Positions 40,281 through 50,883 of a stretch of 64,000 bases of DNA are shown one piece after another; positions within the stretch are counted from its first letter, which is position 1; the number at the start of each line of letters is the position of its first letter. The translations under genes were made by a program, and so were the position numbers. The notes under the pieces were generated by a model that saw only the letters and a list, made by a program, of their open reading frames with translations, did not search any database and was not told where the DNA came from. Origin of the DNA: Dehalococcoidia bacterium (lineage in GTDB: Bacteria > Chloroflexota > Dehalococcoidia > Plut-88900); NCBI GenBank assembly GCA_965249275.1, contig CBDFLQ010000005.1, forward strand, positions 480,001-544,000. The letters are read 5' to 3'.

Positions 40281-41156
40281 ATGAGAGCAACTAAGAAGGG
40301 TAAATTCGAGGAACGGGGACGGTGGGTCGCCGCGTTCACCTTGGCGCTGGTGGCTGTGGCGCTCCTGGTGGGGATGGCTTGCTTCCAGGACACGAGCCGG
40401 TCGCTGGTGCTGACTACAACCACGAGCACATATGATTCGGGGCTGCTCGACTACATCATCCCGCCGTTCGAGGAGGAGTACAACGCGAACGTGCGGGTTA
40501 TATCGGTGGGAACGGGGCAGGCGCTGGCAATCGGGGCACGGGGGGATGCCGACGTAGTGCTGGTGCACGCCCCATCGCTAGAGGAGAAGTTCGTGGCGGA
40601 TGGGAACGGAGTGAATCTGACCTACGTGATGTACAACGACTTCGTGATACTGGGGCCTCAGGAAGACCCGGCAGGAATATCGGGGCTGGAGGATGGGCCG
40701 GAAGCCTTCCGGAGAATAGCAGCTACTGAGTCAATATTCGCGTCTCGGGGGGACGAGTCGGGGACGCACGTAAAGGAGAAGGAGCTTTGGGTGGAGTCGG
40801 GGGTGGGGGCGCCGGAGTCGGAGGACTGGTACCTGTCCCTGGGGCAGGGGATGGGGGGCACACTGACCACGGCCAACGAGCTGGGGGCATATACGCTCAC
40901 CGACAGAGGCACGTTCCTTTCGAGGAAGAACTTGAATCTGGAGATCCTGGCGGAGGGTGACGAGACGTTGTTCAACCCCTATCACATCATCATAGTGAAT
41001 CCCGAGAAGTACATACAGGTACAGAACGAGTTGGCCGAGGCGTTCGTTGAGTTCCTGATTTCCAGGGAGACACAGGAACGGATCAGGGAGTTCAGGCGGG
41101 AGGAGTACGGGCTTTCTCTGTTCAACCCGGTGCACCTGGAGGGGGTGGGGCCATAG
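40281..41156 (+). CDS. tupA: Tungstate ABC transporter substrate-binding protein
   Basis: TTTS signature, DSGLL, GTGQAL, MYNDFV, SRGDESGTH, YTLTDRGT, LFNPYH. Confidence 0.92.
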   Translation: MRATKKGKFEERGRWVAAFTLALVAVALLVGMACFQDTSRSLVLTTTTSTYDSGLLDYIIPPFEEEYNANVRVISVGTGQALAIGARGDADVVLVHAPSLEEKFVADGNGVNLTYVMYNDFVILGPQEDPAGISGLEDGPEAFRRIAATESIFASRGDESGTHVKEKELWVESGVGAPESEDWYLSLGQGMGGTLTTANELGAYTLTDRGTFLSRKNLNLEILAEGDETLFNPYHIIIVNPEKYIQVQNELAEAFVEFLISRETQERIREFRREEYGLSLFNPVHLEGVGP

Positions 41157-41301
41157 GAGCGCCAAGTGGAAACGGGGTGCGTGGGGGTTTTGGGGGGAGT
41201 CGCATTACACTCACTTTCACCCTCACCCTAGCCCTCTCCCATCGAGGGAGAGTGGATAGGACCCATCCCCGGGATTTCGTCTGTGTGGGTGGTGTGGGCT
41301 G

Positions 41302-42000
41302 ATGGATGAGATAGCATCGGGGATATGGCAGGCGATAAAGCTCATCGGGAGCCTGGACCCGGAGGTCCGCCAGATAGCGCTGTTCTCTCTCCAGGTCTCG
41401 GGGCTGGCGTTGCTGGCAGCGGCGACGGCGGCAGTCCCGTACGGCATATGGCTGGCGTTCAGCCGGTTCCCGGGGCGTCGGGTCCTTATAGGCCTGACCT
41501 ATTCGGGGATGGCCTTTCCGACAGTGGTGGTGGGGCTGATAGTGTTCCTGATGCTGTCGCAGCAGGGGCCATTCGGGCTGCTAGGTTGGCTCTTCACTCC
41601 CTGGGCCATAGTGGTGGCCCAGTTCATCATCGCCTTCCCGGTGATCGCGAGCCTGACCATGTCGGCGATACTGTCGATCAACCCCGGGATGCGGTTGCAG
41701 CTCAGGAGTCTGGGGGCGACTCGCGCACAGGCGACACTCGCACTGCTGGGAGAGGCTAGAGTCTCGATGATAATAGCGTTGGCGGCGGCGTTCGGGCGGG
41801 TGGTGACGGAAGTCGGGGCCGTGATCATCGTGGGTGGAAACATTGCCGGGAACACGAGGGTGTTGACGACGGCTATAGTGCTTGAGACGAGGAAGGGGGA
41901 GTTCGCCGCGGCGATAGCGCTGGGCATCATACTGCTATTGATCTCGTTCACGATCAATTTGGTCGCGACCCGGCTGCAGGGAAGGGCGTTGGCCCGATGA
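41302..42000 (+). CDS. tupB: Tungstate ABC transporter permease
   Basis: PTVVVGL, GPFG, FGRVVTEVGA..IVGGNI...TRVLTTAIVLET. Confidence 0.93.
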   Translation: MDEIASGIWQAIKLIGSLDPEVRQIALFSLQVSGLALLAAATAAVPYGIWLAFSRFPGRRVLIGLTYSGMAFPTVVVGLIVFLMLSQQGPFGLLGWLFTPWAIVVAQFIIAFPVIASLTMSAILSINPGMRLQLRSLGATRAQATLALLGEARVSMIIALAAAFGRVVTEVGAVIIVGGNIAGNTRVLTTAIVLETRKGEFAAAIALGIILLLISFTINLVATRLQGRALAR

Positions 42001-42728
42001 GCGAGAGCATTTACAAGCTGGAAGGGCTGGTGAAGCGGTATGGGGAACGGGAAGCGTGCAATATAGATCACCTGGAGATAGAACGGGGTGAGGTGCTGGG
42101 GCTCATCGGGCCGAGCGGGTCTGGGAAGAGCACGCTTCTGAGGATGCTGAACTTTCTGGAGCCGCAGAGCTCGGGGGTGATACGGTTCTCGGGAGAAGCG
42201 TACGACGGGAAGACGCAAGTATCGCTCTCGGTGCGGAGACGGATGACGCTGGTGTTTCAGAGCCCCCTGCTGTTCAACACGTCGGTACTGGGGAACGTGG
42301 CTTATGGGCTGAAGCTGCGGGGGGTACGGGATGCCAAGGCTCGGGCGGCGGAATTCCTCGACCGGCTAGGCATGGGATCGTTGGCGAAGGAGCACCCGTC
42401 GACAATCTCGTTTGGGGAGACGCAGAGGGTGGCGCTGGCGCGGGCGCTGATAATCGAGCCGGATGTACTGCTGCTGGATGAACCTACGGCGAACCTGGAC
42501 CCATATAACGTGGCACTTGTAGAGGACTTGATGATGAAGGCTCGTAGAGAGATGGGTACGACGATAGTGTTGGTAACGCACAATGTGTTTCAGGCGCGTC
42601 GGCTGGCGGACAGGACAGCACTGCTGCTGGACGGGAAGGTGGTGGAGGTGGGGCCCACGGAGTCGCTGTTTTCCGAGGCGCGGGACCCGAGGACTAGGGC
42701 GTTTCTCGGGGGGGAGATGGTGTATTAG
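41997..42728 (+). CDS. tupC: Tungstate ABC transporter ATPase
   Basis: GPSGSGKS, ISFGETQR, LLLDEPTANLDP; overlaps tupB. Confidence 0.9.
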   Translation: MSESIYKLEGLVKRYGEREACNIDHLEIERGEVLGLIGPSGSGKSTLLRMLNFLEPQSSGVIRFSGEAYDGKTQVSLSVRRRMTLVFQSPLLFNTSVLGNVAYGLKLRGVRDAKARAAEFLDRLGMGSLAKEHPSTISFGETQRVALARALIIEPDVLLLDEPTANLDPYNVALVEDLMMKARREMGTTIVLVTHNVFQARRLADRTALLLDGKVVEVGPTESLFSEARDPRTRAFLGGEMVY

Positions 42729-42753
42729 GGGGGTGGGTGGGGGGATGAGGCGG

Positions 42754-44148
42754 TTATTTGGGGGACCAGAAGGCGAGGTGGCCGGGGGCGATTACCCTGG
42801 GGGGAGAGGCGCCGTCTATCGAGACGACCTGGATGGTGCTGCCGCCGGTGCCGTTTGCATCCGGGTCTCGGGCGGAGTAGACGAGGGACCGGCCGTCGGG
42901 GGACCAGAGGTTGTTGGAGTAGGCATACTGGTCGAAGAAGGCAAACATTACGAAAAGCTGCTCGGAGGAGGGGACGAAGTCGGTGAGCTTCTTTTCGGCC
43001 TTGCCAGACCTATCGTTGACGTACCAAGAAATGGTAGCAGCGGGGCGGTCGATGCCCACGTAGGCGACCATCGAGCCGTCTGGGGACCAGAAGAAGGCAG
43101 CGATCTCGCGGTTGGTGATCTGACGGGTCTCGCCGGAGTCAACGTCGAAGACGGCAAGCCCACCGTAGGTGGGGATGCCCAGGCTACGCGCCGGGGTCAA
43201 CTCTGTGTATGCGATCTCGTTTAACGATGGGGACCACAGGAAGACCGTGAGGATGCTAACGCGGTCGACTTCGATTTTGGAGTTGCCCTGGACATCGGTA
43301 ATGACGAGAGTATCAGCGCCAATGGAGCCGTCCACGAAAGCCATTTGCCGGCTGTCCGGGCTCCAGGCGGGGGTCCTGAAAGAGACGGATTGGGCATCGA
43401 GGGAGGCCCTTTCCAAGTCATTGCGGGTATCGATGAGGTCGACGGCGTCGACCAAGTGGTGGAGGAGGTACTGCCCGTCAGGGGACCATGCCATGTAAGA
43501 AGGAGCGCCGAAGGAGAGGACCTCGGGGTGGTGGGGGTCATGGGTCTCGATCATGTAGAGGACGAGGGAGGTGGGTGTGGGGGCGAGGAAGGCGACCCTG
43601 TCGCTGCCGGGGGCCCAGTAGATGTAGTGGGGACTGCGCTGGGCTACGAACCTGCCTATGGTGTCGTCGGGGTCCTGGAAGACTTTGTCGGGGAGCCCGC
43701 CGGGGATATCGACGAGCCAGAGTGCGCCCCCGAAGTCGCCGTTGTCGGAGAATGAGGTGAAGGCGAGCTTGGAAGCGTCGGGAGACCAGGTGGGCCAGTT
43801 GTAGACGGTGTGGCTGGCAAAGGATGCGCTACCGGCAAGGGAGGCGGTCTCCCCGGACATAGGGATTGAGACCAGCTGCTGGTCTGTGCCATCAGGGCGG
43901 ATGGTGTAGATGCTGTCGTCCAGGCCGACGAAGGCGATGAGGTTCACGTCGGGTTCCGGCGCGGGGGTAGGAGTGGGTGCGGGAGTGGGTTCAGGAGTGG
44001 CGGTAGGAGGCGCGGATGTGGGTGAGGGGGGAGGGATTGTGGGTGTGTCATCCGGGGGCTCCTCATTGCTACCGCAGGCCGTGAGGACGAGCGCAAGTAA
44101 GAGAATAAGGGGAAGGATACCCGCACTTATGCGGGAGCATCTGATCAC
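42754..44148 (-). CDS. TolB-like (WSPD repeat) beta-propeller lipoprotein
   Basis: GTG 44148 overlaps the pyrK stop; lipobox LTAC, PT linker, repeated WSPD motifs. Confidence 0.85.
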   Translation of the reverse strand: MIRCSRISAGILPLILLLALVLTACGSNEEPPDDTPTIPPPSPTSAPPTATPEPTPAPTPTPAPEPDVNLIAFVGLDDSIYTIRPDGTDQQLVSIPMSGETASLAGSASFASHTVYNWPTWSPDASKLAFTSFSDNGDFGGALWLVDIPGGLPDKVFQDPDDTIGRFVAQRSPHYIYWAPGSDRVAFLAPTPTSLVLYMIETHDPHHPEVLSFGAPSYMAWSPDGQYLLHHLVDAVDLIDTRNDLERASLDAQSVSFRTPAWSPDSRQMAFVDGSIGADTLVITDVQGNSKIEVDRVSILTVFLWSPSLNEIAYTELTPARSLGIPTYGGLAVFDVDSGETRQITNREIAAFFWSPDGSMVAYVGIDRPAATISWYVNDRSGKAEKKLTDFVPSSEQLFVMFAFFDQYAYSNNLWSPDGRSLVYSARDPDANGTGGSTIQVVSIDGASPPRVIAPGHLAFWSPK

Positions 44149-44966
44149 AACCCCGTCCAGTTGACCTCTGCGAGGTCGAACATCGGGCCCTGGGTGCAGA
44201 CCATCTTGCGGCCCGAGTGGGTGGCCACGGCGCAACCGTAGCAGATGCCGAAGCCGCAGGCCATGCGCACCTCGAGAAGGACCTGGGTTGGGGTGGAGAT
44301 GTTGTAGTTGCGCCAAGTCTCCCAAATGGCCCGGTACATGGGCACGGGGCCGCAGAAGAAGGCCTGGTCTGCGTTCTGCATGATTTTTGGCAGGGCTTCA
44401 GTGATAAGACCCTTTTCCCCGGTTGAGCCGTCCTCTGTAACCTCAACGACGGTAACGCCGTCGGGGACCCAGTCCCGGGGATAGAGGAGGGAGGCTTTAC
44501 GAGCGGCGGAAACGATGGTCACGTCCTTTCCCGACGCGACGGCCTGGTCGGCCAAGGCGATCAGGGGAGCGAGGCCAGTGCCACCACCGCCCATGACTAG
44601 GTTCTGGGCAGAGGGATCGATGCTGTAGCCTCGGCCCAGGGGCCCGAGCACTCTTATCTCATCACCTGCTACCCGGTTGGCGAGCCAAGTCCGGGCGGCG
44701 CTCCCCGTATTGAAGAGAAGCGCTGTAGAGTCAGGGGTTATCCAATCTGAGGCGAGGGCAGGATCAGCTGCGAGAAGGTCGGGTCCGTAGCGGTGAATGC
44801 TGATGGCTCTTCTGAGAAGAGGGTCCGAAGTGTCGCCGCATTCGGCCATGACGAACTCACCGGGGGTCCGGCTTTCGGCGACTGAAGGAGAGTCGACCCA
44901 CAGGCAGTGGACGCCGGGGGCGATGGTGTGGTTTGCGAGGACCTTGGCTAGGTGGTCTTCCATCAT
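44145..44966 (-). CDS. pyrK: Dihydroorotate dehydrogenase electron transfer subunit
   Basis: [53 protein letters not shown]; ATGA overlap with carB. Confidence 0.9.
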   Translation of the reverse strand: MMEDHLAKVLANHTIAPGVHCLWVDSPSVAESRTPGEFVMAECGDTSDPLLRRAISIHRYGPDLLAADPALASDWITPDSTALLFNTGSAARTWLANRVAGDEIRVLGPLGRGYSIDPSAQNLVMGGGGTGLAPLIALADQAVASGKDVTIVSAARKASLLYPRDWVPDGVTVVEVTEDGSTGEKGLITEALPKIMQNADQAFFCGPVPMYRAIWETWRNYNISTPTQVLLEVRMACGFGICYGCAVATHSGRKMVCTQGPMFDLAEVNWTGL

Positions 44967-47900
44967 TTGGGGCTCGATTCCAGATAGGCGCGCAGTGGTT
45001 TTACGGAAAAGCTGAGGGGCCCGTTTACGAGGGCGTCGACGGTGGCTCGGGCGGTGTCCAGGGAGGTGAAGCATGGAATACGTCTCTCGGCGGCGGCGCG
45101 TCGTATCTGGAAGCCGTCCCTGAGAGGGGTGCGGTGACCGGTCAAGGTGTTGACTACGACGTCGACGGTGCCGTCCTGGATGATGTCAACGATGTCGGGG
45201 GTGCCCTGTCCGGCCTTGACCACGGCGGTAACGGGAAGGCCGATGGCCTGGATCATCTCGGCGGTGCCCTGGGTGGCATAAAGTTTGTAAGAGAGGGAGG
45301 CGAACATCCTGACGATGTCCAGGGCTTCGGCCTTGTCCCGGTCGGCAATGCTGAGGAGGACTGCACCCTTGGGTGGGAGCATCATGTCGCTGGCCAGGAG
45401 AGCCTTGGCGAGGGCGGGGCCGAGGGAGTGGTCGATGCCCATGACCTCGCCGGTGGACTTCATCTCGGGGCCGAGGAAGGTGTCGACGCCAATTAGCTTG
45501 GACATGGAGAAGACGGGGGCCTTGATAGCGACGATGTCTTTCGCGGGCCAGAGGCCGCCACTGTAACCCTGCTGCTCCAGGGACTTGCCCATCATAATTC
45601 GGGTAGCGACCTGTACGATGGGTACGCCGGTGATCTTGGAGAGGAAGGGGACGGTGCGGCTGGCACGGGGGTTTACTTCGAGGACGTAGACGAGGGTGTC
45701 TCCCCGGTCACGTTCATCTGTGTCGGAGGGTTTCATTACTACATACTGGATGTTCATAAGACCTTTGACCTGAAGGCCGAGGCCAATGCTGATAGTGTAG
45801 TCGATGATAGCGTCTTTCTGGGCGGGGGTGAGGCTGGGGGCGGGGTAGACGGCCATGGAGTCGCCGCTGTGGACTCCGGCCCGCTCAATGTGCTCCATGA
45901 TGCCGGGGATGAGGACCTGCTCCCCATCGCAGATGGCGTCGACCTCGACCTCCATGCCCTCGAGGTACTTGTCGATGAGGATGGGGCGGCCCGGGGCGAC
46001 GTCTACGGCGGCGGCAACGTAACGGATTAGCTCGGTGGCGTTGTGGACTATCTCCATGGCCCGGCCGCCTAGTACGTAGCTGGGGCGCACGAGAACGGGA
46101 TAGCCGATGCTCTGAGCGACGTTAAGTCCGGCCTCCACGGAGGATATGCCGGCGCCGGGGGGCTGAGGGATGCCGAGACGGTTGAGGAAGTCCTCGAAGC
46201 GGTGGCGATCCTCGGCCATATCTATGGTATCGGAGGAGGAGCCTAGAATGGGCGTTCCCGTTCGATGGAGAGGCTCGGCGAGGTTGATGGCGGTCTGGCC
46301 ACCGAACTGGACTACGATCTCGGCGGAGTTGCCGTTGCCGCCTGCCACGCCAGCATTTTCGTTCTCGAGGATGTCTCTGAGGCTTTCCTCGTCGAGGGGC
46401 TCGAAATAGAGTCTGTCGCTGGTGTCAAAGTCGGTGGAAACGGTCTCGGGGTTGGAGTTGACCATGATAGACCCGGCGCCCTCCTTCTTGAGGGCCCAGG
46501 AAGCGTGGACGCTGCAGTAGTCGAACTCTATGCCCTGGCCGATGCGGATGGGGCCGGAGCCGATGACGACAGCCCTGCGGCCAGGTATTGCCTCGGCCTC
46601 GTTCTCCTGCTCGTAGGAGCTGTAGAAATAGGGGGTCTCGGCAGCGAATTCGGCGGCGCAGGTGTCGACCATCTTGTAGACGGGACGGAGGCCCCAGAAT
46701 TGGCGGAGGTCGCGTACCTGCTCGGGGAGGCGGTCGGCGAGGGTGCCGATGTAATCGTCGGCAAAGCCGAGGCGCTTGGCAGAACGCATTAGAGACGGGG
46801 TGAGGGGTTCCTTCAGGAGGCGTCGCTCCATGTGGACTATGTTGTACAGCTTGTTTGTGAACCAGGGGTCGATGCCGGTGCGGCGGGATAGGTCGTCGGG
46901 GCTGAGGCCTCGGCGGAGGGAAGCCATGAGGGCCCAGATCCGATCGTCGCTGGGGTCCGTGGGGACAGTGCCATTGGCGCCATTTTCGTCCTGGGCCCAG
47001 GCTCGGTCTTCCCAGAGGAGGCGACGTTGGCCGGTTTCAAGGGAGCGGACGGCCTTCTGCAGTGCGGCCTCAAAGGAGCGGTCAACGGCCATGACCTCGC
47101 CTGTGGCCTTCATCTGGGTTCCGAGTCGGCGGTCTCCGGAGGCGAACTTGTCGAAGGGCCAGCGGGGTATCTTGACGACGCAGTAGTCGAGGGAGGGCTC
47201 GAAGGCGGCTCGGGTCTTGCCGGTGACGGCGTTGGGGATTTCGTCCAATGTCTTGCCGACGGCGATCTTGGCGGCGACTCGTGCAATGGGATAGCCGGTG
47301 GCCTTGCTGGCGAGGGCGGAGCTGCGGCTGACGCGTGGATTGACCTCGATGACGTAGTAGGCGCGGCCATCTACGGAGCTCTGGCCGAAGGCCTCAGCGA
47401 CGAGGGGGCCGGGGGCAAGGGCGAACTGGACGTTACAACCGCCCTCGATGCCGAGGGCTCGGATGATGTTGAGGCTGGAAGAGCGAAGCATCTGATAGTC
47501 GCGGTCGGAGAGGGTCTGGCTCGGGGCAACGACGATGCTGTCGCCGGTGTGGACGCCCATGGGATCGATATTCTCCATGTTGCAGATGGTTATGCAGTTG
47601 TCCGCAGAATCGCGCATTACCTCGTACTCAAGCTCTTTCCAGCCTTCCAAATATCGCTCAATGAGGACCTGGTTGATGGGGCTGGCTGCGATACCGCCAG
47701 CGGCGATGGTTGCGAGCTCGTCTCGGGTGTGGGCAATGCCGCCACCAGTGCCGCCAAGGGTGTAGGCGGGGCGTATTACGAGGGGAAGTCCGAGCTTGTC
47801 TTCTACAGCCAAGGCACCATCTACGGTCTCGACGGTGGCACTGGGAGGGGAGGGCTCGCCGATATCGTGGAGGAGCTGCTTGAATAGCTCACGGTCCTCG

Positions 47901-48271
47901 GCCTGGCGGATGGTGCCTAGGGGTGTGCCTAGCATGCGGACGCCGTACTTTTCGAGGACACCGGCGTCGGCGAGCTCGACGGCGAGGTTCAGGCCGGTCT
48001 GACCGCCGAGGGTCGGGAGCACGCCGTCGGGGCGCTCCTGCTCGATGATACGGGATAAGACGTCGACGGTGAGGGGTTCGATATAGACGATGTCGGCGAT
48101 GTCCTCGTCGGTCATGATGGTAGCGGGGTTGGAGTTGACGAGGACGGAAATGACGCCTTCTTCGCGTAGGGCCTTACAAGCCTGGGTACCGGCGTAGTCG
48201 AACTCGGCGGCTTGACCGATGACAATAGGGCCTGAGCCTATGACGAGGACTTTTGAGGGTTTGGGGGGCAT
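44963..48271 (-). CDS. carB: Carbamoyl-phosphate synthase large subunit
   Basis: [18 protein letters not shown], duplicated ATP-grasp domains, C-terminal MGS domain; ATG 48271. Confidence 0.97.
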   Translation of the reverse strand: MPPKPSKVLVIGSGPIVIGQAAEFDYAGTQACKALREEGVISVLVNSNPATIMTDEDIADIVYIEPLTVDVLSRIIEQERPDGVLPTLGGQTGLNLAVELADAGVLEKYGVRMLGTPLGTIRQAEDRELFKQLLHDIGEPSPPSATVETVDGALAVEDKLGLPLVIRPAYTLGGTGGGIAHTRDELATIAAGGIAASPINQVLIERYLEGWKELEYEVMRDSADNCITICNMENIDPMGVHTGDSIVVAPSQTLSDRDYQMLRSSSLNIIRALGIEGGCNVQFALAPGPLVAEAFGQSSVDGRAYYVIEVNPRVSRSSALASKATGYPIARVAAKIAVGKTLDEIPNAVTGKTRAAFEPSLDYCVVKIPRWPFDKFASGDRRLGTQMKATGEVMAVDRSFEAALQKAVRSLETGQRRLLWEDRAWAQDENGANGTVPTDPSDDRIWALMASLRRGLSPDDLSRRTGIDPWFTNKLYNIVHMERRLLKEPLTPSLMRSAKRLGFADDYIGTLADRLPEQVRDLRQFWGLRPVYKMVDTCAAEFAAETPYFYSSYEQENEAEAIPGRRAVVIGSGPIRIGQGIEFDYCSVHASWALKKEGAGSIMVNSNPETVSTDFDTSDRLYFEPLDEESLRDILENENAGVAGGNGNSAEIVVQFGGQTAINLAEPLHRTGTPILGSSSDTIDMAEDRHRFEDFLNRLGIPQPPGAGISSVEAGLNVAQSIGYPVLVRPSYVLGGRAMEIVHNATELIRYVAAAVDVAPGRPILIDKYLEGMEVEVDAICDGEQVLIPGIMEHIERAGVHSGDSMAVYPAPSLTPAQKDAIIDYTISIGLGLQVKGLMNIQYVVMKPSDTDERDRGDTLVYVLEVNPRASRTVPFLSKITGVPIVQVATRIMMGKSLEQQGYSGGLWPAKDIVAIKAPVFSMSKLIGVDTFLGPEMKSTGEVMGIDHSLGPALAKALLASDMMLPPKGAVLLSIADRDKAEALDIVRMFASLSYKLYATQGTAEMIQAIGLPVTAVVKAGQGTPDIVDIIQDGTVDVVVNTLTGHRTPLRDGFQIRRAAAERRIPCFTSLDTARATVDALVNGPLSFSVKPLRAYLESSPK

Positions 48272-48272
48272 G

Positions 48273-48989
48273 TTAACGGGACTCCATTGCAGGTTGGGCC
48301 AAGAGCAGGGAGGAGAGTTCGGCCAGGGAACTAATCTCAATAACGGATTGAGGTTCCTGCCCAGTGGCGTTGCGGTTGAAAAAGACGGGCGTGGCTCCCG
48401 CATTCAAGGTGCCCAGAACGTCGTTTTCCCATGAATCGCCGACGTGAAGAAGCTCATGGGGCTGGCATCGAGCTTCGTGCATTGCTATTTCGAAGATGCG
48501 GGGGTCGGGCTTATCAACGGCGCCGTGGTCTTGCGAAAAGACCTCGAAAGAGACTAAGTCTTCGATGCCGAGGACGTTGGCGCGGCTGTTGCCGTTGGAC
48601 AGGAGGCCGAGCTTGAAATGTCGGGCCAGGAGCTCCAGCGCGGGTCGGGCGTCGGGGAATATGGTCCGCGCCTCCTCTCGACGCTGGAAGTAGATCTTAG
48701 TCAGGTAGGAGCCAAGGGAGTCGTTGGGACGGCCTGCCTCTCGGAGGGCCTGCTGCATCGACTTCTCTCGGATTGTGTCGAGGTCTGTGTCATTGCCCCA
48801 CATCTGCTGGTGGACCTGGTCTCTGATGGTCACTATTTGATCAACGGTGAGGTTTTGTGCGGCCTCTGGGTCGATGCGCGCGAGCTCGTTCAGGACTTCC
48901 TGAAGGGCCTGGCGCGTGAATCGCTCGAAATCCCAGAGGGTGCCGTCGACGTCGAAGGATATGGTTGTGATTTGGGAGAGGGAGGTCAC
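48273..48989 (-). CDS. HAD-family hydrolase
   Basis: [28 protein letters not shown]. Confidence 0.92.
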   Translation of the reverse strand: MTSLSQITTISFDVDGTLWDFERFTRQALQEVLNELARIDPEAAQNLTVDQIVTIRDQVHQQMWGNDTDLDTIREKSMQQALREAGRPNDSLGSYLTKIYFQRREEARTIFPDARPALELLARHFKLGLLSNGNSRANVLGIEDLVSFEVFSQDHGAVDKPDPRIFEIAMHEARCQPHELLHVGDSWENDVLGTLNAGATPVFFNRNATGQEPQSVIEISSLAELSSLLLAQPAMESR

Positions 48990-49029
48990 TAGTCGGGTAA
49001 TTCCTCGATTTTCATAAGTTGAAAAGTGC

Positions 49030-49428
49030 TCAGTTTAAGGCTGAAGAGGGCTGGTAGAGCCGGAGGTCGGGGATTCGGTTGAAGCCCTTGTCAAATGTGT
49101 ATAGCGGTACGTTGTGTCGGATTGCGGTGGCGGCGATGATAATGTCGGCATCGGGGAGAGAAAGGCCCGCGCGCAAAAGTCGATTGCTAAGTTGGCCCGC
49201 TGTCACCCAAACCATCTGGTCAGTCTCCAAGAAATCAAGGGAAACGATCCGTTCGGTGAGGGCGCCCAATTCTTCCAAGCCTAGGGCTCCCTGGATGTAT
49301 TCCATAATTACCGGGCCAGTCACCACTGCTTCTCCAGAAGCGAGAAGGTTGGTCAGATGGAGGGTTGTTTCGGCGTCGGGTATCCTCTGAGCTTGGATTA
49401 AGACGGAGGTGTCGAGCAAGATCGTCAA
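49030..49428 (-). CDS. vapC: PIN-domain toxin (VapC)
   Basis: ILLDTSVLI, VIMEYIQG, DADIIIAATA, LYTFDKGF. Confidence 0.92.
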   Translation of the reverse strand: MTILLDTSVLIQAQRIPDAETTLHLTNLLASGEAVVTGPVIMEYIQGALGLEELGALTERIVSLDFLETDQMVWVTAGQLSNRLLRAGLSLPDADIIIAATAIRHNVPLYTFDKGFNRIPDLRLYQPSSALN

Positions 49429-49688
49429 GATGTGCCATCCCTTAACGAATCGAGAAACGCTCGGCGGCTCTCGTCGGCGGCCAACTGCTCTTTTTTACGC
49501 TTCTTGTATCGCTCGTAGTCCCGGTCGCTCATTGGGTTATTGCGCCAGTATTCGAGCAATTCCTGGACATGCTTGCGGCGGATGTACTCCTTGAGAGCGG
49601 TATTCACGGCCTTGCTCTTAGTCTTCTCACCTGTGGCATCGACCACGGTCTCAAGAAGCTTGCTGTCGATGTTAAGAGTTGTTCTCAT
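49425..49688 (-). CDS. vapB: VapB-family antitoxin
   Basis: MRTTLNIDSKLL...KTKSKAVNTALKEYIRR; overlaps the toxin start. Confidence 0.9.
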   Translation of the reverse strand: MRTTLNIDSKLLETVVDATGEKTKSKAVNTALKEYIRRKHVQELLEYWRNNPMSDRDYERYKKRKKEQLAADESRRAFLDSLRDGTS

Positions 49689-49710
49689 ACGCTATACGCA
49701 CCTTTCGAAA

Positions 49711-49770
49711 GCATCATAATAACGCGTCATTCTCAGCATCATTATAGCGCATCATATTCAGGTGCATCAT
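49711..49770 (-). promoter_or_regulatory. vapBC promoter with five ATGA(T/C)GC direct repeats
   Basis: GC(A/G)TCAT at 49711, 49724, 49736, 49749 and 49764; minus-strand TATAAT at 49741-49746. Confidence 0.55.
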
Positions 49771-50882
49771 TTCTTCTGGTCCTTGACCATGTCCAGGAAG
49801 CGTTGGAAGAGGTAGACGTTGTCGAGGGGGCCGGGTGAGGCCTCGGAGTGGTACTGGATGGAGACGATGGGATAGTCCCGGTGGGTGAGGCCCTCGACGG
49901 TTTCGTCGTTGAGGTTGAGGTGGCTGACCTCCAGGGAAGGGGGCAGGCTGTCGGCGTCCAGGGCATAACCGTGGTTCTGGGCGGTGATGTGGACGCGTCC
50001 AGTGACTAGGTCTTTGACGGGGTGGTTCGCGCCTCGATGGCCGAACTTGAGCTTGAAGGTCTTGCCCCCGAAGGCTTTGCCGAGCATCTGATTACCCAGG
50101 CAGATCCCCATTATCGGCTTGACGCCGACCAGGGCGCGCACAGTCTCCGAGATTTGGCCGAGGAGGGCGGGGTCGCCGGGGCCGGGGGAGAGTAGAAGGC
50201 CGTCGGGGTCGATCTGGAGGATGTCCTCCGCGCTGGTGGCGGCGGGTATCACGGTGACCCGGCATTCGAGCTTGTTGAGGATGCGCAGGATGTTGTATTT
50301 CAGGCCATAGTCCAGGGCGACGATATTGTAGGAGGTGGGGGTCTCGGTGGGGTCCCAGGTGTAGGGGGCAGGTGTGGAGACCTCGGAGACGTAGTTGACG
50401 GAGCCGTAACTGGGAAGTGATGCGAGCCTTTTGAGGGCGGACTGGGGGTCGTCCCTGGTGATAATGCCCATCATCACGCCGCTTGAACGTAGACGCCGGG
50501 TGACTGCCCGGGTATCGACGCCCGAGATTCCGGAGACACCCTGGGAGGCGAGGAACTGGGCCACTGTGGACTCGCTGTTCCAGTGGCTAGGGAGATCACA
50601 GTCCTCGCGGACTATGAGGCCGCGCACCTGGATTTTTTTGGATTCGACGGTCTCGGGGTTTATGCCGTAGTTGCCGATAAGTGGGTAGGTGAGCATGACT
50701 ATCTGGCCGGCGTAGGAGGGGTCAGTGAGGATCTCCTGGTAGCCGGTCATGCTGGTGTTGAAGACGACCTCGCCGTGGCCTTCGCCGTTTGCGCCGAAGG
50801 ACGTGCCCTGGAAGGAGCTGCCGTCCTCCAGCACGAGCCAGGCGGGGTGGTTTGAGTTGTTGGTCGGGTTGGTTGAGGTCAC
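49767..50882 (-). CDS. carA: Carbamoyl-phosphate synthase small subunit
   Basis: LVLEDG, GEVVFNTSMTGYQE, SPGPGDP, GICLG, IQYHSEASPGP; GTG 50882. Confidence 0.96.
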   Translation of the reverse strand: MTSTNPTNNSNHPAWLVLEDGSSFQGTSFGANGEGHGEVVFNTSMTGYQEILTDPSYAGQIVMLTYPLIGNYGINPETVESKKIQVRGLIVREDCDLPSHWNSESTVAQFLASQGVSGISGVDTRAVTRRLRSSGVMMGIITRDDPQSALKRLASLPSYGSVNYVSEVSTPAPYTWDPTETPTSYNIVALDYGLKYNILRILNKLECRVTVIPAATSAEDILQIDPDGLLLSPGPGDPALLGQISETVRALVGVKPIMGICLGNQMLGKAFGGKTFKLKFGHRGANHPVKDLVTGRVHITAQNHGYALDADSLPPSLEVSHLNLNDETVEGLTHRDYPIVSIQYHSEASPGPLDNVYLFQRFLDMVKDQKK

Positions 50883-50883
50883 G

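Noticed and set aside
40116-40568. N-terminal extensions in the ORF track (regulator to 40568; likewise carB to 48403, carA to 51146, lipoprotein to 44325)
   Set aside because: They overlap other real genes, and homology begins at downstream starts.
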